Assembly: GCA_011109175.1 (NCBI GenBank)
Contig: RDEW01000014.1
Location: forward strand, 248,001 to 312,000
DNA: 64,000 nt
Source: Dicyema japonicum
Taxonomy: Eukaryota; Animalia; Dicyemida
Direction: 5' to 3'
Of the stretch, positions 13,174 to 26,169 are shown one piece after another. The translations under genes and the position numbers were made by a program. The notes under the pieces are model-generated. The model made no database searches and had not been told where the DNA came from. It saw only the letters and a program-made list of their open reading frames with translations. Each line of letters opens with the position of its first letter. The first letter of the stretch is position 1.

Positions 13174-14503
13174 CTATGGAAAAATATTTCTATCAGGCAG
13201 GCTGCTGGGATGGTAGTGGGTAATCGCCCAAGGAAATTCAAGAACTTTTGACAAAGAAATAGAAGAACTGTCAAAAAACCAAAGGAAACTCCGACTCTTA
13301 ATCGAGTCGTCAAACTCGACAAGCCTCACTGACTCTCTAAAAAGAGAACGCAACAGAATCAAATACAAAATAAAGAGAAGAGTGAGGGAACTAGGCCTGC
13401 ATACACTGGATAACTTGACAAAAGACGCTTAACGGTACAATCACGGTGAAAGAATGTTTGCTGCGGTTAAACAATTATCCCGCAACACCAGACCGGAAAG
13501 AATCACAGTTCTTGATGATACAGGAAAAGTAATGATCAACGGCCAGGAACCAAGTCAAAGTGGATTTAGACCTGGAAGGTCGACGGCAGACGTTGTATGG
13601 AGACACAGATGGATGTGTGCAATGCACCAGAAACACAAAGAAGATATCTCAATCCTTGGAATTGACTTATCCCGTGCTTTCAACACTATCAATCGCAAAA
13701 AGCTAATGCACGTACTGGAGAGTTTTCTAGACGAGGATGTATTACGTATGATCAGATTTTTACTCTCCAACACATCGCTATCAGTGCGCGTGGGAAATTA
13801 CAACTCAATAAGATTTAAAAACCGACACCGGCGCACCACAGGGAGACTCGTTATCCCCGGTCCTATTCATCATATACCTGGAGGTAGCTCTAAGACCTCT
13901 CCAGAAAAAGAATTGTTTCACTAACGTGATGGAAGTAATCTACGCCGATGATGTTGATTTCGTCTGCCGGGATATGATGGAAACTATACTAAAAGTGATC
14001 CCTCTCCTTTATTGAACCAATTCTACTTCATAACGCGGGGACCTAGGGCCTAATCACCAAAGAACTGGAGAACATCAACTCTTTCCACAGAAAACAACTA
14101 CCACTTCTCATGGGAATCTACTTGTAAAAACGGATGACCAACTACGAGCTCTACAGAATCACTCAAACAACACAGATTGGGAATAAAGTGACTTCGGCGA
14201 TATCCTTAGAGCTTCGGGAATGGCACCGGCCAATCAGGCCATGGAATCATACTTTTCTATATTAAAAAAAGCAACGTCTTGAGAGGTCGACAAAGAACTC
14301 ACTTGTATAGGAAAAAAGCTGAAAACAGAAGAGGATCTGGATGATCTGAGCAGCTGCGAGCAACAGGGGAGGATGGAAACGACTTACAGCGCGCATCCAG
14401 AGATGCATGGCAAAAGTGGAATCTCAAATTAGTTAACTTTTCTGGCTCCGGGGACATTGAAAATACTCCTAGAATCGTCTATTTTAATAATAATAATAAT
14501 AAA
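13174..14503 (+). mobile_element. RTE-like LINE, RT and 3' end, internally deleted
   Basis: QSGFRPGRSTADVVW, IDLSRAFNTINR, GDSLSP, YADDVDF; ends in (TAA)n at about 14487-14503. Confidence 0.85.
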
Positions 14504-14939
14504 TGCCTTTCAGATCCGAGTGATAAATTTAAGAATCAAACGATCTTTAGATTCAATTTCTACTAAAAGTGGATATATGTTATTTCAACTTAAAATCTCT
14601 AATATTTTTATTTGTGAAAGTTTGCGGTTTTGAATAGAAAAATAAATGCATGACCACAATTATTAATTTCTACCTGAAATTTTCTAAAGCAGAATAGACG
14701 ATTTTAGGAGTATTTTCAATTAAAGGGACTCAAGGATGCCATTTTAGAAAATACATTAAATATCATGTCGTTCGAGAAGAGGAAGTCATGTCATTCTTTA
14801 GCGGGAGAGTTTTCATAATAGAAAATCTTCACTAGTGGATGTCGAAAGTAACTTTTTTAAGTGTTTTGTAGTAACTTTTTCTTAGTCTTTAATTAATGAT
14901 CTTTGCAAAAGAGGGCTTACAGATTAACGGAACGTTGGA

Positions 14940-15165
14940 TTTGTGAAGATCACCTAACCGGACCAACATTTCTGGAGGTTCTCATGAGAATAGACTCCAG
15001 ATCACGGGAATGTGGCCCTGAAAATCAGTCAGCCGTCCAGTACGTTCATGCGTGGGCACGAGGAAAGAACACTGAGCAAAGATGAGGTCGCTGTTGAAAT
15101 GCGTCGGGATCACGTGATAATTAGATTGGTTTTACCATGGTCTTGGGTAGTTAAATAAAATAAAA
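14940..15165 (+). mobile_element. LINE 3' UTR fragment with TAAA-type tail
   Basis: Homologous to 8895-9110 (minus strand) and 63800-63860: GGATCACGTGATAATTAG..TTTTACCRTGGTCTTGGG..TAAATAAA. Confidence 0.7.
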
Positions 15166-15279
15166 ATTAATGATCTTTGAATTTTAAAGTAAATAAAATT
15201 TTCTGTTTTTCTATTTAATCATCAGTCCTATTCTAATTGGTTGATGCGGTGACGTGCTTCTGTTTTCCCAGGAAAAATT

Positions 15280-15681
15280 ATGTCTTTATCATGCTTAGAT
15301 TCCAACTCCTTACAACGTTGTGGCCTCTCATCTCTATTCAAGAGGGAACAACTATCTGAAGATCTATCACGTTACAAAATTGACATCTGCTGCTTAAAAG
15401 AGACAAAGAATGCCCTTGGATACGAAGGAACCTTTGGAAACTACCGGATTATCTTACTCCTATCAGACAATCGTCATGACCCCGTAATAAAAGAATTGTC
15501 GGAACAGCAGAAGGAAACACGTTCGAAACTGGGAAGTTCAAATTCGAATAAGAGTGCATCAAAGAGTAAACGTAATCAAATATCACATTTGATAAGAAAA
15601 CGATCGAATGACCTCTGGCACAAATATTTGGACGATAAAGCGACTGAAATTGAAAACTGTCAGTATGGAAGACGAATGTGA
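15280..15681 (+). mobile_element. RTE-like LINE fragment (APE start fused to a downstream piece)
   Basis: LSRYKIDICCLKETK is an APE N-terminal motif; the remainder resembles the RTE linker. Confidence 0.55.
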
Positions 15682-15699
15682 GCGAGGATGGCTAGGAGG

Positions 15700-15996
15700 A
15701 TAGCTGTAAAGCATGGCTCAAGCGAAACTCTTTAGGACTATGCGAAGGTCCTACCCAAGGATTTTTTGTTTGTTCCACTCGCCGTTGAGACGTCTGGTTC
15801 CCTTGCGCCTGCGACGCTAGAATTCTTGAGTCGTCTAAAGAATTGGATTGCTACACGAACAGGAGACACTCATGAGCGCTGCTGGTTATTTGATCAAATA
15901 TCGCTCGCCATCCTGAGAGGAAATAGCCACGCAGTCAAAGCAGCCGCGTTTACTCTCTTTTCTATCCTTAATAAAAAGTTAATTTATTTTTTTTAA
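15700..15996 (+). mobile_element. CRE-clade retrotransposon 3' (REL) fragment
   Basis: FVPLAVETSG..WLFDQISLAILRGN. Confidence 0.8.
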
Positions 15997-16699
15997 AAAC
16001 TAACCAACTAAATATTCCTATTCAGATTATTTCATTAAAAACAAAGATAATCGACAAAATCTAATGCTGGATTTTCAGGATGAAAATGGTGAGTGATAAG
16101 GGGAACCGGGATCACATAATTTGTTTGGTCGCTATTATCTTCTTTCTCGGTGTTTTCTGGGGTCATCTAAACGAATTGGACTTTTAAACTGATCAATCTT
16201 GAAATGCCTTATAGTTCACAAACGAATCCTACAAATGAGATGCAGTAAAAGAATATTTAGAAACTTAAAAATACATGTACTTTTAGACGTTGCTCGGAGG
16301 GGGAAATGATGCTGTAGATTTAGGTTTGGCGACCCTTGCTATCAATTTTATAAAATAGTGATTCTGTGTATGTGTACATGTCTTTCCGCTGCAGTGAACT
16401 TTTCGCAGAGGAAAATCATCTAAATACGATCTCTAATAACTCAATTTTTGATAAAGCCAATAATCACCACGGTATTAACTAATTGTGAGGGAAAAGAACA
16501 TGATGCCGATGCCCTTGGTGATACTAATCCGACAGAATAACGGAAAAGGCCTGATCCAACGTGATCAGGAGAAAACGCGACCCCAACGTAGGATCGAGGG
16601 AAAAGTATCAAATCAAGCTGATAGTTTGGGTTAAATTTGCCCGGATCGCTTAGATTGTGTTTTCGGTTTAACTGTTTCTTGGAATAAAGATTTTATTTG

Positions 16700-17040
16700 A
16701 TTTGGGGCCATCATGCGATCCCAGCCTCTCTTAGTATCGACTTCATCATTTCCCGATGTTTCTCTCCGGAACCGACACATTCCTTGTATGTCCGTTTATT
16801 GGGCAATTTTTCACATTGGACGTATGTGCCACCCATATGGCTAAGTTGGTCAAAAATTATTTTCCTTCCTCCGATGGCGTCATTGATCCACGTAACTGTG
16901 GAGACCCCTGACCGGCATTAAGAGGATCCAACTATTCTTTCTTTGAGAGACAATATCGTTACCTGGAGACAAGTTCTGGAAAGAGTCAGGATCAAGGAGT
17001 TAGTTAGTTTGGTTACCCTTGGTCTTGGAATAATTCTTCC
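16700..17040 (+). mobile_element. LINE-like 3' end carrying a degenerate copy of the pseudoknot (16876-16929)
   Basis: GGCGTCATTGATCCAC..GACCCC..GGATCC; downstream sequence and tail homologous to 45780-45952. Confidence 0.6.
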
Positions 17041-17149
17041 CCATACGGTTATATAAATGATGGTTGGCGGGGTTATTTTGGTATACAGAGGACCTAGTGC
17101 TAATTGAACGATCGTTTGAATTTGGAAAGTAATCTAATTTAATTTATAG

Positions 17150-17400
17150 GCTTACAATCTTTGGTAAGCCCAGCACAAAACAGTCACAACTAATTATTCC
17201 AAAAAAGGAATCCAAGGGAGAACGTCTGTTTGTGCCGACCAAATCCATCCTCCAATAACCCATTACAGACTTAAGCTTCCGATAAGAGTTGGAGAAGTAG
17301 GTCCACCCTCTCCCATTTTCTTCGCAAGTCCTACAGTCTCAGACATCACTTCATTCTTTAGTGGAAAAGTTTTCATAATGGGAAATCTTCACCATTTGAT
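17150..17400 (-). mobile_element. LINE 3' end repeat
   Basis: Clear nucleotide homology to 62870-63120 and partly to 14780-14850; tail motif TACCAAAGATTGTAA also at about 8880 and 12540. Confidence 0.6.
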
Positions 17401-17563
17401 TTTGAAAGTAACGTTTTTACAAGTTCAATTTTCAAAAACAGTTGGGGTAATTTTTAAAATGAATTTTGAATAAATATTTTTAAATAATAAATAAATATTT
17501 ATCATTACTTTTCTCATATTTTAAAGTTAAACATTTTTATCATATTGTGTATAGACTAACGGA

Positions 17564-19278
17564 ATGGATTGTTGCAGGTCAAATAATTGTTCTTACGAGG
17601 TTTGTAATTTCGCTAAAATTAGAATCCAGGATGTACAACGGCTGCACCCAACACGTGAATATATTTCCTGTGAAAACTTCCAAATTTACCACAAGGAATC
17701 TAACCTCCACCACAACAATCCAGTAAATTGATTAACATAGCAGAATGCCCATTCCCAGGAGGTTTCCCGCTCTATTGAAAACTCTGCTGCTATTTTTGTC
17801 AATGATTCTGTAATTAATTTTCTTACTTCAAGAAAGCCTGGATTTCTAGCAACTTTGAAGTCTCCAAGGGGAAGACAATTCCCCGATGTTACATGTACTT
17901 CGCCTACCAGAACTACTGCTTTTTCTGCGGGAAGACTCCCATCAATCAAGCCAGCTTTGGCAAGCTGGTTCGCAGCATTTTCGGAGACGTGAGGACCAGG
18001 AGGCTTGGGACTCGGTTCCTTTTCCCAATTAATGTCTTAGTGGGAATTCTCGCTACCACTACTGTAATCTCCAACAAAGAGAAGGGACTCTCTTTTTTCG
18101 GTGCTTTTATTTATTTACTAGCTAAGCTTCGAATGTGTTAAAAATTTTCCCTCAAAACTTTCCCTACTGGAAAAATCAACAACCAACATCTTCCAAAGTC
18201 TCCACGTGGTGGATTCCAATCCGTCAGTTCAAAAGTTTGTTTTTATGTATAAGGAACATCTTGAAGTTTGTTTTTGTCAATTTATACAGGAATGCTTGAA
18301 CTTTATCACAACCAGCCAATTCGACCAAGTCTTCAACCTGTGGAAGGCTTTCTGGTTAGGCTTGTACACGGATGATACAAAGTAGCACTTTGTCACGTAA
18401 TCTCAGACTCGACGTCCTCAATTTAAGACCATTGGTTGATATGGAGTTCATCTTGTCCTTCATTTTTCAAGCAGACTGCAAATTCTTCCAATACTTGCTA
18501 GATACTCTGATTCCCGCGCTTTTGACTCCAAGTTGGACTTCTTCTTTACTTGTAGATTCAAAAAGCAGAGATTATTTGAAATTTGTCTCCCAGATGAAAG
18601 AAGAGGTCGAACATGTGACTAGTCTTCTTCAAAATGATCGTCTTTCATTGATCAAAGTAGTTTACCTTAATTTTTGTGGTCCTCCGTAGTATCAGTTTTT
18701 ACGGATCTCTTTAAACCCGGGTAAATGTGAATATCTTCGCTAGTAGTGCGGTTGAACTGGTCAAAGTTGGAGTTCATATGGAAATCATGAAGGAGGCTTT
18801 TAACTCCATCGATTTGGATTTTGTGGAAGTTGATAAAATTTATATTTTGAGGATCAACTGACTTGGGTGAGTAGTTGTGGAAAGAAGCACATTTCTACAA
18901 TCAGGGGTTTTGTTGCTTCTGGCCTGGGGTTTTTTTTGAACAAGAAAAGTGGGCGATGTGGATGGATGAAATGGTGGAGTTTTATTGGGAAAATTTGGGG
19001 GACTCTTGCCAAATTGTGATTTCGGACTTTGCTCATTTTTTGTGAGATCTTGTGATTTATTAAGATCTCTGGTTTATCGGGAGATTACACTGAGGCATTC
19101 TTCAGTCTTGTGGAGTTTTCACATTTTCAGCTGTTTGTTACAGGATCACTTATATTGGGCATTTAAGACAAGGATGGGAATGCGTTTGACTGAATTAACT
19201 GTTAAAAGGATTTCCTCACAATGTGGAATTGAAGATTTGGCGGGAATTTTTGATAATCCTCTTGTGGTTAATAGATAG
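17564..19278 (+). CDS. RFX: RFX transcription factor (winged-helix DBD plus dimerisation domain; DAF-19/RFX1-4 type)
   Basis: PINQASFGKLVRSIF.DVRTRRLGTR|GNSRYHY with a 26-nt intron at 18015-18040; C-terminal REITLRHSSVLWSFHIF matches the RFX dimerisation motif; start codon uncertain. Confidence 0.9.
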
Positions 19279-19924
19279 TTTGATTTATTCTTATTTTCAC
19301 TTTATTTTTTAATTTTATTAATTCTTGTTAGTTGATTTGTCTCATTGATTAACTTAATTTTTTAGTGCGGAGAATCATATGCCATTATCCAAAAAGGCTA
19401 GGTCATTAGATATTGATTTGTTTATGAACAGCGAATTGATCAAATTATTCTAGAATAGGTATGTCATCAATCAAAAAGTAATATATGATATAATACGCTC
19501 CACTGACTCGATTCAATATACCGAAAAACTATTCTTATGTTGGGCCCTCATATTGGATTAACAGTCAATCCCCTACTCACGGAAGCTACGAATCGTAGTC
19601 GCGGATTCGGATTCCTTCGCGTCTGTGAGGAAGATGGAAACCCACTTCGCTTGTCCATTTCAAAGACAAAAGAAAAACGATTGGTTAAAAAAGTTCCCCT
19701 TCAATCGGATTCTTCTGCAGGAATAAAAGAAGGCTCTTTCGTAAGGTAGCGGGAATAATGGAAGACCACAGACTTTTGATGGCGCAGTTGATTACGGGAC
19801 TTGGGATTACCTAACCGTTTGACGTGATCCGGGGGTTCTAAATAAATAAATAAACTAGAAAGGTAGTGTAATGTTGGTACTGTTGGTTTCGATTTTCACA
19901 CTACTGCTTGGTTGAAGATTCTCT

Positions 19925-20620
19925 ATTGCTCTTTATTATTATTATTATTATTAAAAGCACTTTCATAGAACCAAAGAACGTTACATTAACTAAGGTACCG
20001 ATTGTGCCACACGTTTCAAAATTTGCTTCACTAGGCGTCTCCATCGCCCTCTGCTTTGCGCATCTGTCCGTAGATCTTCTAGGTCTTCTGCAGATTTAAG
20101 TTTTCTTCCAATTCTATTAAGATCCTTGTTCAGAGCCACAGGGAGAGTGACTCTTTGTCTTCCTCTGAACGATGATTTGTTCTCATTGTTAAAGTAATTG
20201 TCTATTATTATGTTTTCAAGGGCGTTTATGTCCATTCTAAGCACGTGCCCAAACAGTCTCCATTTTGATTCAATAATGTCGATGCTTATTGGCCTCGATT
20301 GTGCCACAGTATAATTTCTTATTTGAAATCTTCTTGAGTCAACCTAAGCCCATAAATTGCGTAATTGTTTTCGATGAAATATATCCATTTTCTTGATCTC
20401 TAGCTCTGTGACCCTCATGTACCCGAGTTGTACATAAGCACCGACTTTATATATGCGTTGTATAATCGTATTCTTAGATTTGTTTTTATTAGTTTTCGTC
20501 GACTCCATATCTTCTGCATTTTCTTATACATGGCAGTGACTGGAACTCTTCTATTATTCTTGCTTTCTTTAATTACTAAGAGATGTTATGAGATCCACAT
20601 AATTCAGGAGACCCCTAGGG
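19925..20620 (-). mobile_element. RTE-like LINE 3' end
   Basis: RLYNAYIKSVLMYNSGTW, KWRLFGHVLRM, RGRQRVTL, AQSRGRWR; (TAA)n tail at about 19925-19945. Confidence 0.85.
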
Positions 20621-21569
20621 ACTGGATGGCATCCAAAAAGGATCCCTCTCTTCTCTATTACAATCGAGGGGTTCTTACAATGGCGAATATAGACGGACGT
20701 GATGCTTGAAAAAGATGCACCCCAACTCCGATATGGGATTCATTTTTTTGTTCCCAATACTCCTGTTATTTCCATATTTTTCGTGTAAAATTATCCAAGA
20801 AAACTGGAAATTTGAAGTTTTTGACTTGCTAATCTTGTATTTTTCGACCCGTCTCAAAAATGCATTTTCTCATGTGATAATTCGCAGAGAATACTTTCCC
20901 ATCTCTCTGTTCTGAGATCGAGGGTGAGAATCCCCACCGCATTCTTAAAGTCGTGAGAATCTTAGCGGAAGAAAGTCTTTCGTGCCTTATCGATTTTGTC
21001 ATTTCTATCGTCATCTTTATGACTGGGTCAGATTCTTTTTTTCGCTCCTACTTCTCTCAGCGTTAATCCCTCCTCTTCCGTTAGTTCCTAGATTAGAAGC
21101 AATTCCAAATCCATTATTACCGCCGATCTAGATACCTTAGTTCCAGATCAAGGTATTCCTTACGAGGACGAAAGAATAGTTTGGAGTCCTCAGAAGCAAC
21201 AATCTCCAGAGAAGAATAGAATGAAAACTCATCGAAGAGGATATCTACAGCTCTCAGGGTGGTTGAATCAAACGACACTATTGTCTCAACCTTGGAAACC
21301 ACAACAAAGAAACACAACTCGAAGCCAATAAACCATATTTATACTTTCTTACCCAGTAGTCTCCCCTTGTCCGTTATTTCGGAGGAGTCAGTTGTTTTCG
21401 ATCAGGTTTGGGTAATAGACTTGAGGTCTCCTACCGATTTGGTCATTCCCTGCCATCCGTCGTCCCTTAGAAGTTACCACGCATAGTTAACTCAATCTGA
21501 TATTCCTGATTTAGTCTGAACCCTGTGTTTAACATGGTTGTGTAACAGTGACTTTATCTCCCAAAAGGA

Positions 21570-22060
21570 CTAGGATGAAATCCAATGTGAAAAGGTGCTA
21601 AAAGAACTTGGAAGGTCCGCAGATACACATTGCCGCGTATGTATAAATGTGGCGTCAGTAAATCCGCTGAGAATTCTGGGTCGTAGTTCAATGCCTTCCC
21701 GGTTCGCTCAGTGGACCCAAGGAAGGTGTCTTGATTGAGACTCAACGTGCATGGATACTTTCTCAAACGCTAATCTGCTCCGGTCATCGTTGTGTGCGAG
21801 TTCCGCAGCGAGTACTGCCGAAGATTCAAAAAAGAGGAAATACCGTAGCATTTAAGATCGGTTCGCCTCCCAGCCGATCTCCGTTTATACGTCTGGCGTG
21901 TTTGGCCCCAGCAGAGAAATTTTTTGGCTTGCAGGACTGAGGAAGAGAAAGCCTAGAATAACACGATGGCTCTTCCAGAACATTAGCTTGCGTTCATGAG
22001 GGGTAACTTCCATTGTGTGTTCAATGCCTGCCGAACATAATGGAACCCTTGGTGGACAAG
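21570..22060 (+). mobile_element. CRE-clade retrotransposon 3' fragment
   Basis: Broken-frame WD.TC.DT, AASTAEDSKKRKY, TSGVFGP and WLFQNISL..RGN. Confidence 0.65.
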
Positions 22061-22899
22061 TCTGCCTTGAGGAGGAACAATGAAGTTATTGGTTAGATCA
22101 TTAATTTTCGAACGTTCTTAGTAATAATTAGCAACTTACAAAAAATCAGTTTTATTCAAGAATTAGATAAAGTGAATTGTTAAATCTGCCTCAATTACTT
22201 TACCTCCTCTTAAAGCCAGGCTCACCAACACTTTAACTCTTGGTTGTAAATAGTTTGGTCAGTGATGGGTTGAGTTTTCCTTTTCTCAATTCCATCATAA
22301 AATTTTTTAATCATCATTGTATACGTTCAGCAGTACAGACAATCCTCCAAGTTTAGTCAATTTTTTATCGTACGAGATTTAAACTCGGATACTTTGTTCA
22401 TTACTTCGGGGTTTTCAGAGTCTCAGTAGTCCGGTATCTCATCCATGCTCACTCGAAGGAGAAAGACAATTGATTTTTTAGTAAACATTCCCGACATCTC
22501 CTTCTGCTCTTTCTGTACCTGCTGGGACGTCTTTTATGATCTTCCAACAGACCTCAACCCGGTATGTTAATAATCAATCACCAACAATTGAAACTATTTT
22601 CAAAGACTTCCTTTGCTTCTTTCCACACAATTCATGCTGATTTACAGATTGCCTTATCGACGCAGACATAAAATACATCTCCCGTGGATTCACGCCTGCA
22701 ATCCCCTTTCTGAGATCACGGAGCTGGCCAGGGAACGCCTAAAGATTAAATCAATGAGCGCTAGTAAAGAGATAATCGAAATTCTGTCGATTTAAAAAAA
22801 CAAATCAATGACTTCACCTACGAACATAAGACTAAAGAATATAATAATTTTTCATACTCAAAAACCCGGGATTTGCAGAAAACTCTCAAAAAAATCAGG

Positions 22900-23790
22900 A
22901 CAGACTTACTCTTATGCCTCTCATGCCATGGAATATCTTAAAACAAATCTGTGAAATCTTTCCTCAACCACGCCAACTCATTCAAGGCTTAGTCACCTTT
23001 TTACTACAAAAAGCCTCCGTTGTCTGAGATCTTGTCCTCTGGTGGAGAAGTGTCATAAGTGCCGGTTAAAACATGATAGTTCCGGGTTCGAATTTTGCTG
23101 AAGGTTCCAAACACCTACAATTCCTTTGGTTTTATAAGCGACCCTGTGACTAACTAATACTTTTGGGTACTTTCCACTCAACAACCTGATCAAGGATCCA
23201 CTATAAGCACAAAGAGCTGTGGAGACACTGAATCATCTTGCAAAATTTCCCTTGATATTTTTACTGTTCCAATTTCGTGTTTGTAAAACTTCAATTTGAC
23301 TCGCTACTTAGATACCTGACTTTTGATGAAATTAATAATCCAACGAGCAAGTCCACAGGGTTCTAAAATTTTAAATAAAAATTTGTGATCGAGTCGAATG
23401 CTTTTTTCACACCAATCCATGCTTAATATAAGCAATTTCCAAATTCCTACTGAAGATTGATTTCAGGGCCTGTTCCTTTCCACTGTGACAAATCCTTCTC
23501 ATTCCAATCTGATTGTGAGAAATAAGTTCGTACTTTTCAACGAAATCACTAAATTGCATGTTAACACATTTCGCTGTCAATTTATAAGCTGGGAATACGA
23601 GTGATCGGTCTTAAATCTTTCAGAGATTCGCAATATTTTTTTTTAATATGAGGTACGTGATTTCAGTGTAAACCATTCGCTTAGTAATATCAAATCTATC
23701 ATCCGAGAAAGGTTTCTGTTCTCATTGATAGACAGAAGAAAATTAAACAAGTTCAGTAGCCTTTGATGTAACCAGGTTATCCAACCCAGT
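22900..23790 (-). mobile_element. R4/Dong-like RT fragment
   Basis: RPIT.IPSLYKL, QIGMRR, WIGVKKAFDSI, LQDDSVSPQLFVL; same family as 27140-28230. Confidence 0.75.
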
Positions 23791-23859
23791 TTGCAACTTT
23801 GTAATTGATTAAAGTTGGGAGCCGATTTGGTGACCTTGTTTTCGTTTTAATCTCAATTA

Positions 23860-24350
23860 ATATCGAGTTGTGGTCACTTTTCGTGTCATATTGACGATCC
23901 AGTCAATATATGGGGCAAGGATGTGGAGCAGAGAGATGCTCATGCGATGATTTTTGTCAGTAGGTTTCATGGGAGTTCTTGTATGTAGGGCTGGGCTGTT
24001 CAGAACACATAGATCCCCAAGGTCCTCAATTAACATATTTCCTCGCTTATTGTGATTTCCCCTTGATCCAAGGAGACTTTTTTGTATTGAGATTGCCGCA
24101 AATGAGGACGTTCTTGAATTGATGAGATTTGAGGATCGGTCATTGTAGTTTAGCTCTTATGAGGTGGTGTGCATTGACTGCCAATTTCTGAGTCGTATTT
24201 CAGGTACGTAGTTTAGATTCTTATATTAATGCAAGTTTTTTTCAATAGAAGACGTCTCTTGTTTTTGATATCATTTATGTTCAATTGAAGGAGTTTGAGC
24301 TGACCAGGATTTGCTTCGACATCCCCACAGCGGAGTAATAAGTCCTTGGC
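23860..24350 (-). mobile_element. APE-type LINE 5' fragment with 2A-like motif
   Basis: LLLRCGDVEANPGQ followed by LKLLQLNIN, ICGNLN and SDHNSIL (APE motifs). Confidence 0.75.
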
Positions 24351-24580
24351 AGTCCACCTTTGCCAGGATAGGGAAGGAGAAAATCTTTTTTTTCAGATGC
24401 TACCTCAAGAGAGGTGAATCAGGAGGCTTTTTTCTACAATTTGAATAGTGGAAGAATAAATTTTTATGAATATTGGAATGATGAATTTATTAAGTATTTT
24501 TGAATATATTTGCATTTAATAGATTTCCGTATTTTATATAAATATTACAGGAATATTCGCATCAACCTCATTATTTTTTA

Positions 24581-25322
24581 ATGACCCTGGAAAAAATTAT
24601 TGTCGGGACACAGAGTATATCTAACATCGTTTACTTTTATAAATTTATTTTGCAGATATGTAGCGGACTTACGTTTTTTTTGATAATTCAATATTACGGG
24701 ACTTTACATTATGGTTTATATTGTGTGTTCATCTTGTTCTAGCAAATGAATCACTTGCATACATTCCTTATGTTGTTGCAGTTCTCCTCTTAATTTTCAG
24801 CATTCTTGGGTTCGTGAGTATATGCAAACAACACATAATTTTGAAAATCATTGTAGTATTGGTGTTATTACTTTAGTATGGATTTGGAGCCTTTACTATT
24901 TTTTTGTCATTGTTAGCAGTATCAGTTTTTCTAGGTATACTGGCTCCAAGTGTTAACAATTAACAATTATCGGCGACAGAATGAAAAATTACGATGATAA
25001 TAAAGAATTGGTGGATACAATACAGAAACTTGTATTATTTTGATAAAATTAGCTTCACTGCTGCGGTTATGATAATGGTGCAACAGATTATGAATCAACC
25101 CCATCATCCTGTAACGATACAGAAAAATATCCCTTCGCACAGGTAGGAATCATATCTAATCAACTCAGACCTGTCCCTATGTTATTAAGAAAATTTACGG
25201 ATATACATTGGGTACAATAATAGTTCTAAGTCTACTGAATGTTGAATTCTAAATAATGACTTTTAGCTTTCCTCGTTTGTCGCTATTATCAGATTGAGGA
25301 AACCGAAATTGAAAGCGGCTGA
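24581..25322 (+). CDS. Tetraspanin
   Basis: Hydrophobic TM exons; large loop VDTIQKL|LHCCG (21-nt intron 25032-25052) with further Cys; short cytosolic tail ending in TGA. Confidence 0.8.
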
Positions 25323-25718
25323 TGAAAATTAATAATTAACTAACACTAGTTTTTGGGATAATAAAGGGTTGGTTCTCGGTTAATAGATTCTCTTAATTTC
25401 GTAATTGCATGCTCTAAATTAGTCTTTTTAAGCATATACTTATTTCTTGTGTGGTTGAGTTTCTATGTCTTTATCGTATTCTCAGTCCGTCTATTCTACC
25501 CCTTTAGAATTGTAACTTTCAGCGTCAGAGGACTCGCTTCGAACGGTAAATAGGAGACCTCATACATGGATTTCTCAATGAAAAGCGGAGACATACTAGG
25601 CGGAAAGTGACACGGAGGGAACTGGTAAACGGATAGTGAAGAGCACGATACAAGTGGAACCCTATGTATTCATATGCTTATGGGTAGCGCGGGGGTGCAT
25701 TTAACTAAATAACTTGTA

Positions 25719-25930
25719 CTTTTGCGCAAGCCATATTAGCTATAGCTCCGCTCAGGCAGGACACACAGTTTATTTAAGTAAACAACAGTTATGATAACTA
25801 ATCGTAGAGGGGGAACCAAGGAATGGTATTCACTTTTTTTTTCTTTTTGTTGTATGTATGTCCTTTATAGACGATCCGGTTCCGCAGTGAAATGTTCACT
25901 GATGACGATGTCACTCTTCAAACCAAAGCT
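25719..25930 (-). mobile_element. tRNA-derived SINE, 5'-truncated
   Basis: Reverse complement matches the body and tail of the 2385, 3943 and 53436 copies. Confidence 0.8.
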
Positions 25931-26169
25931 AACATTTCTTGAATTAGGGTTTTATTTTTTGTTAAAGCTTAACTAAAATTTATTTAAATAATATATTATT
26001 CAGATTATTATTTATTTGATTCCACTTCTGGTTTATGACGTCAAAATATTATCCATTCTCTATTATTTATTTAATAACCCGTGATTTACCTTAATTAAAG
26101 TCTCCAAAATTGGCCAATTCTCATTTACAACTGTGCCGTGCCAGAAGGAGTCGTCACCTCCTAGGGAGA

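Noticed and set aside
23790-24350. APE domain adjacent to an R4-like RT (Dualen-like chimera); also gag next to an R4 RT at 28.2-28.3 kb
   Set aside because: Spacing is far too short for a real ORF2 and the two junctions differ; most likely juxtaposed fragments
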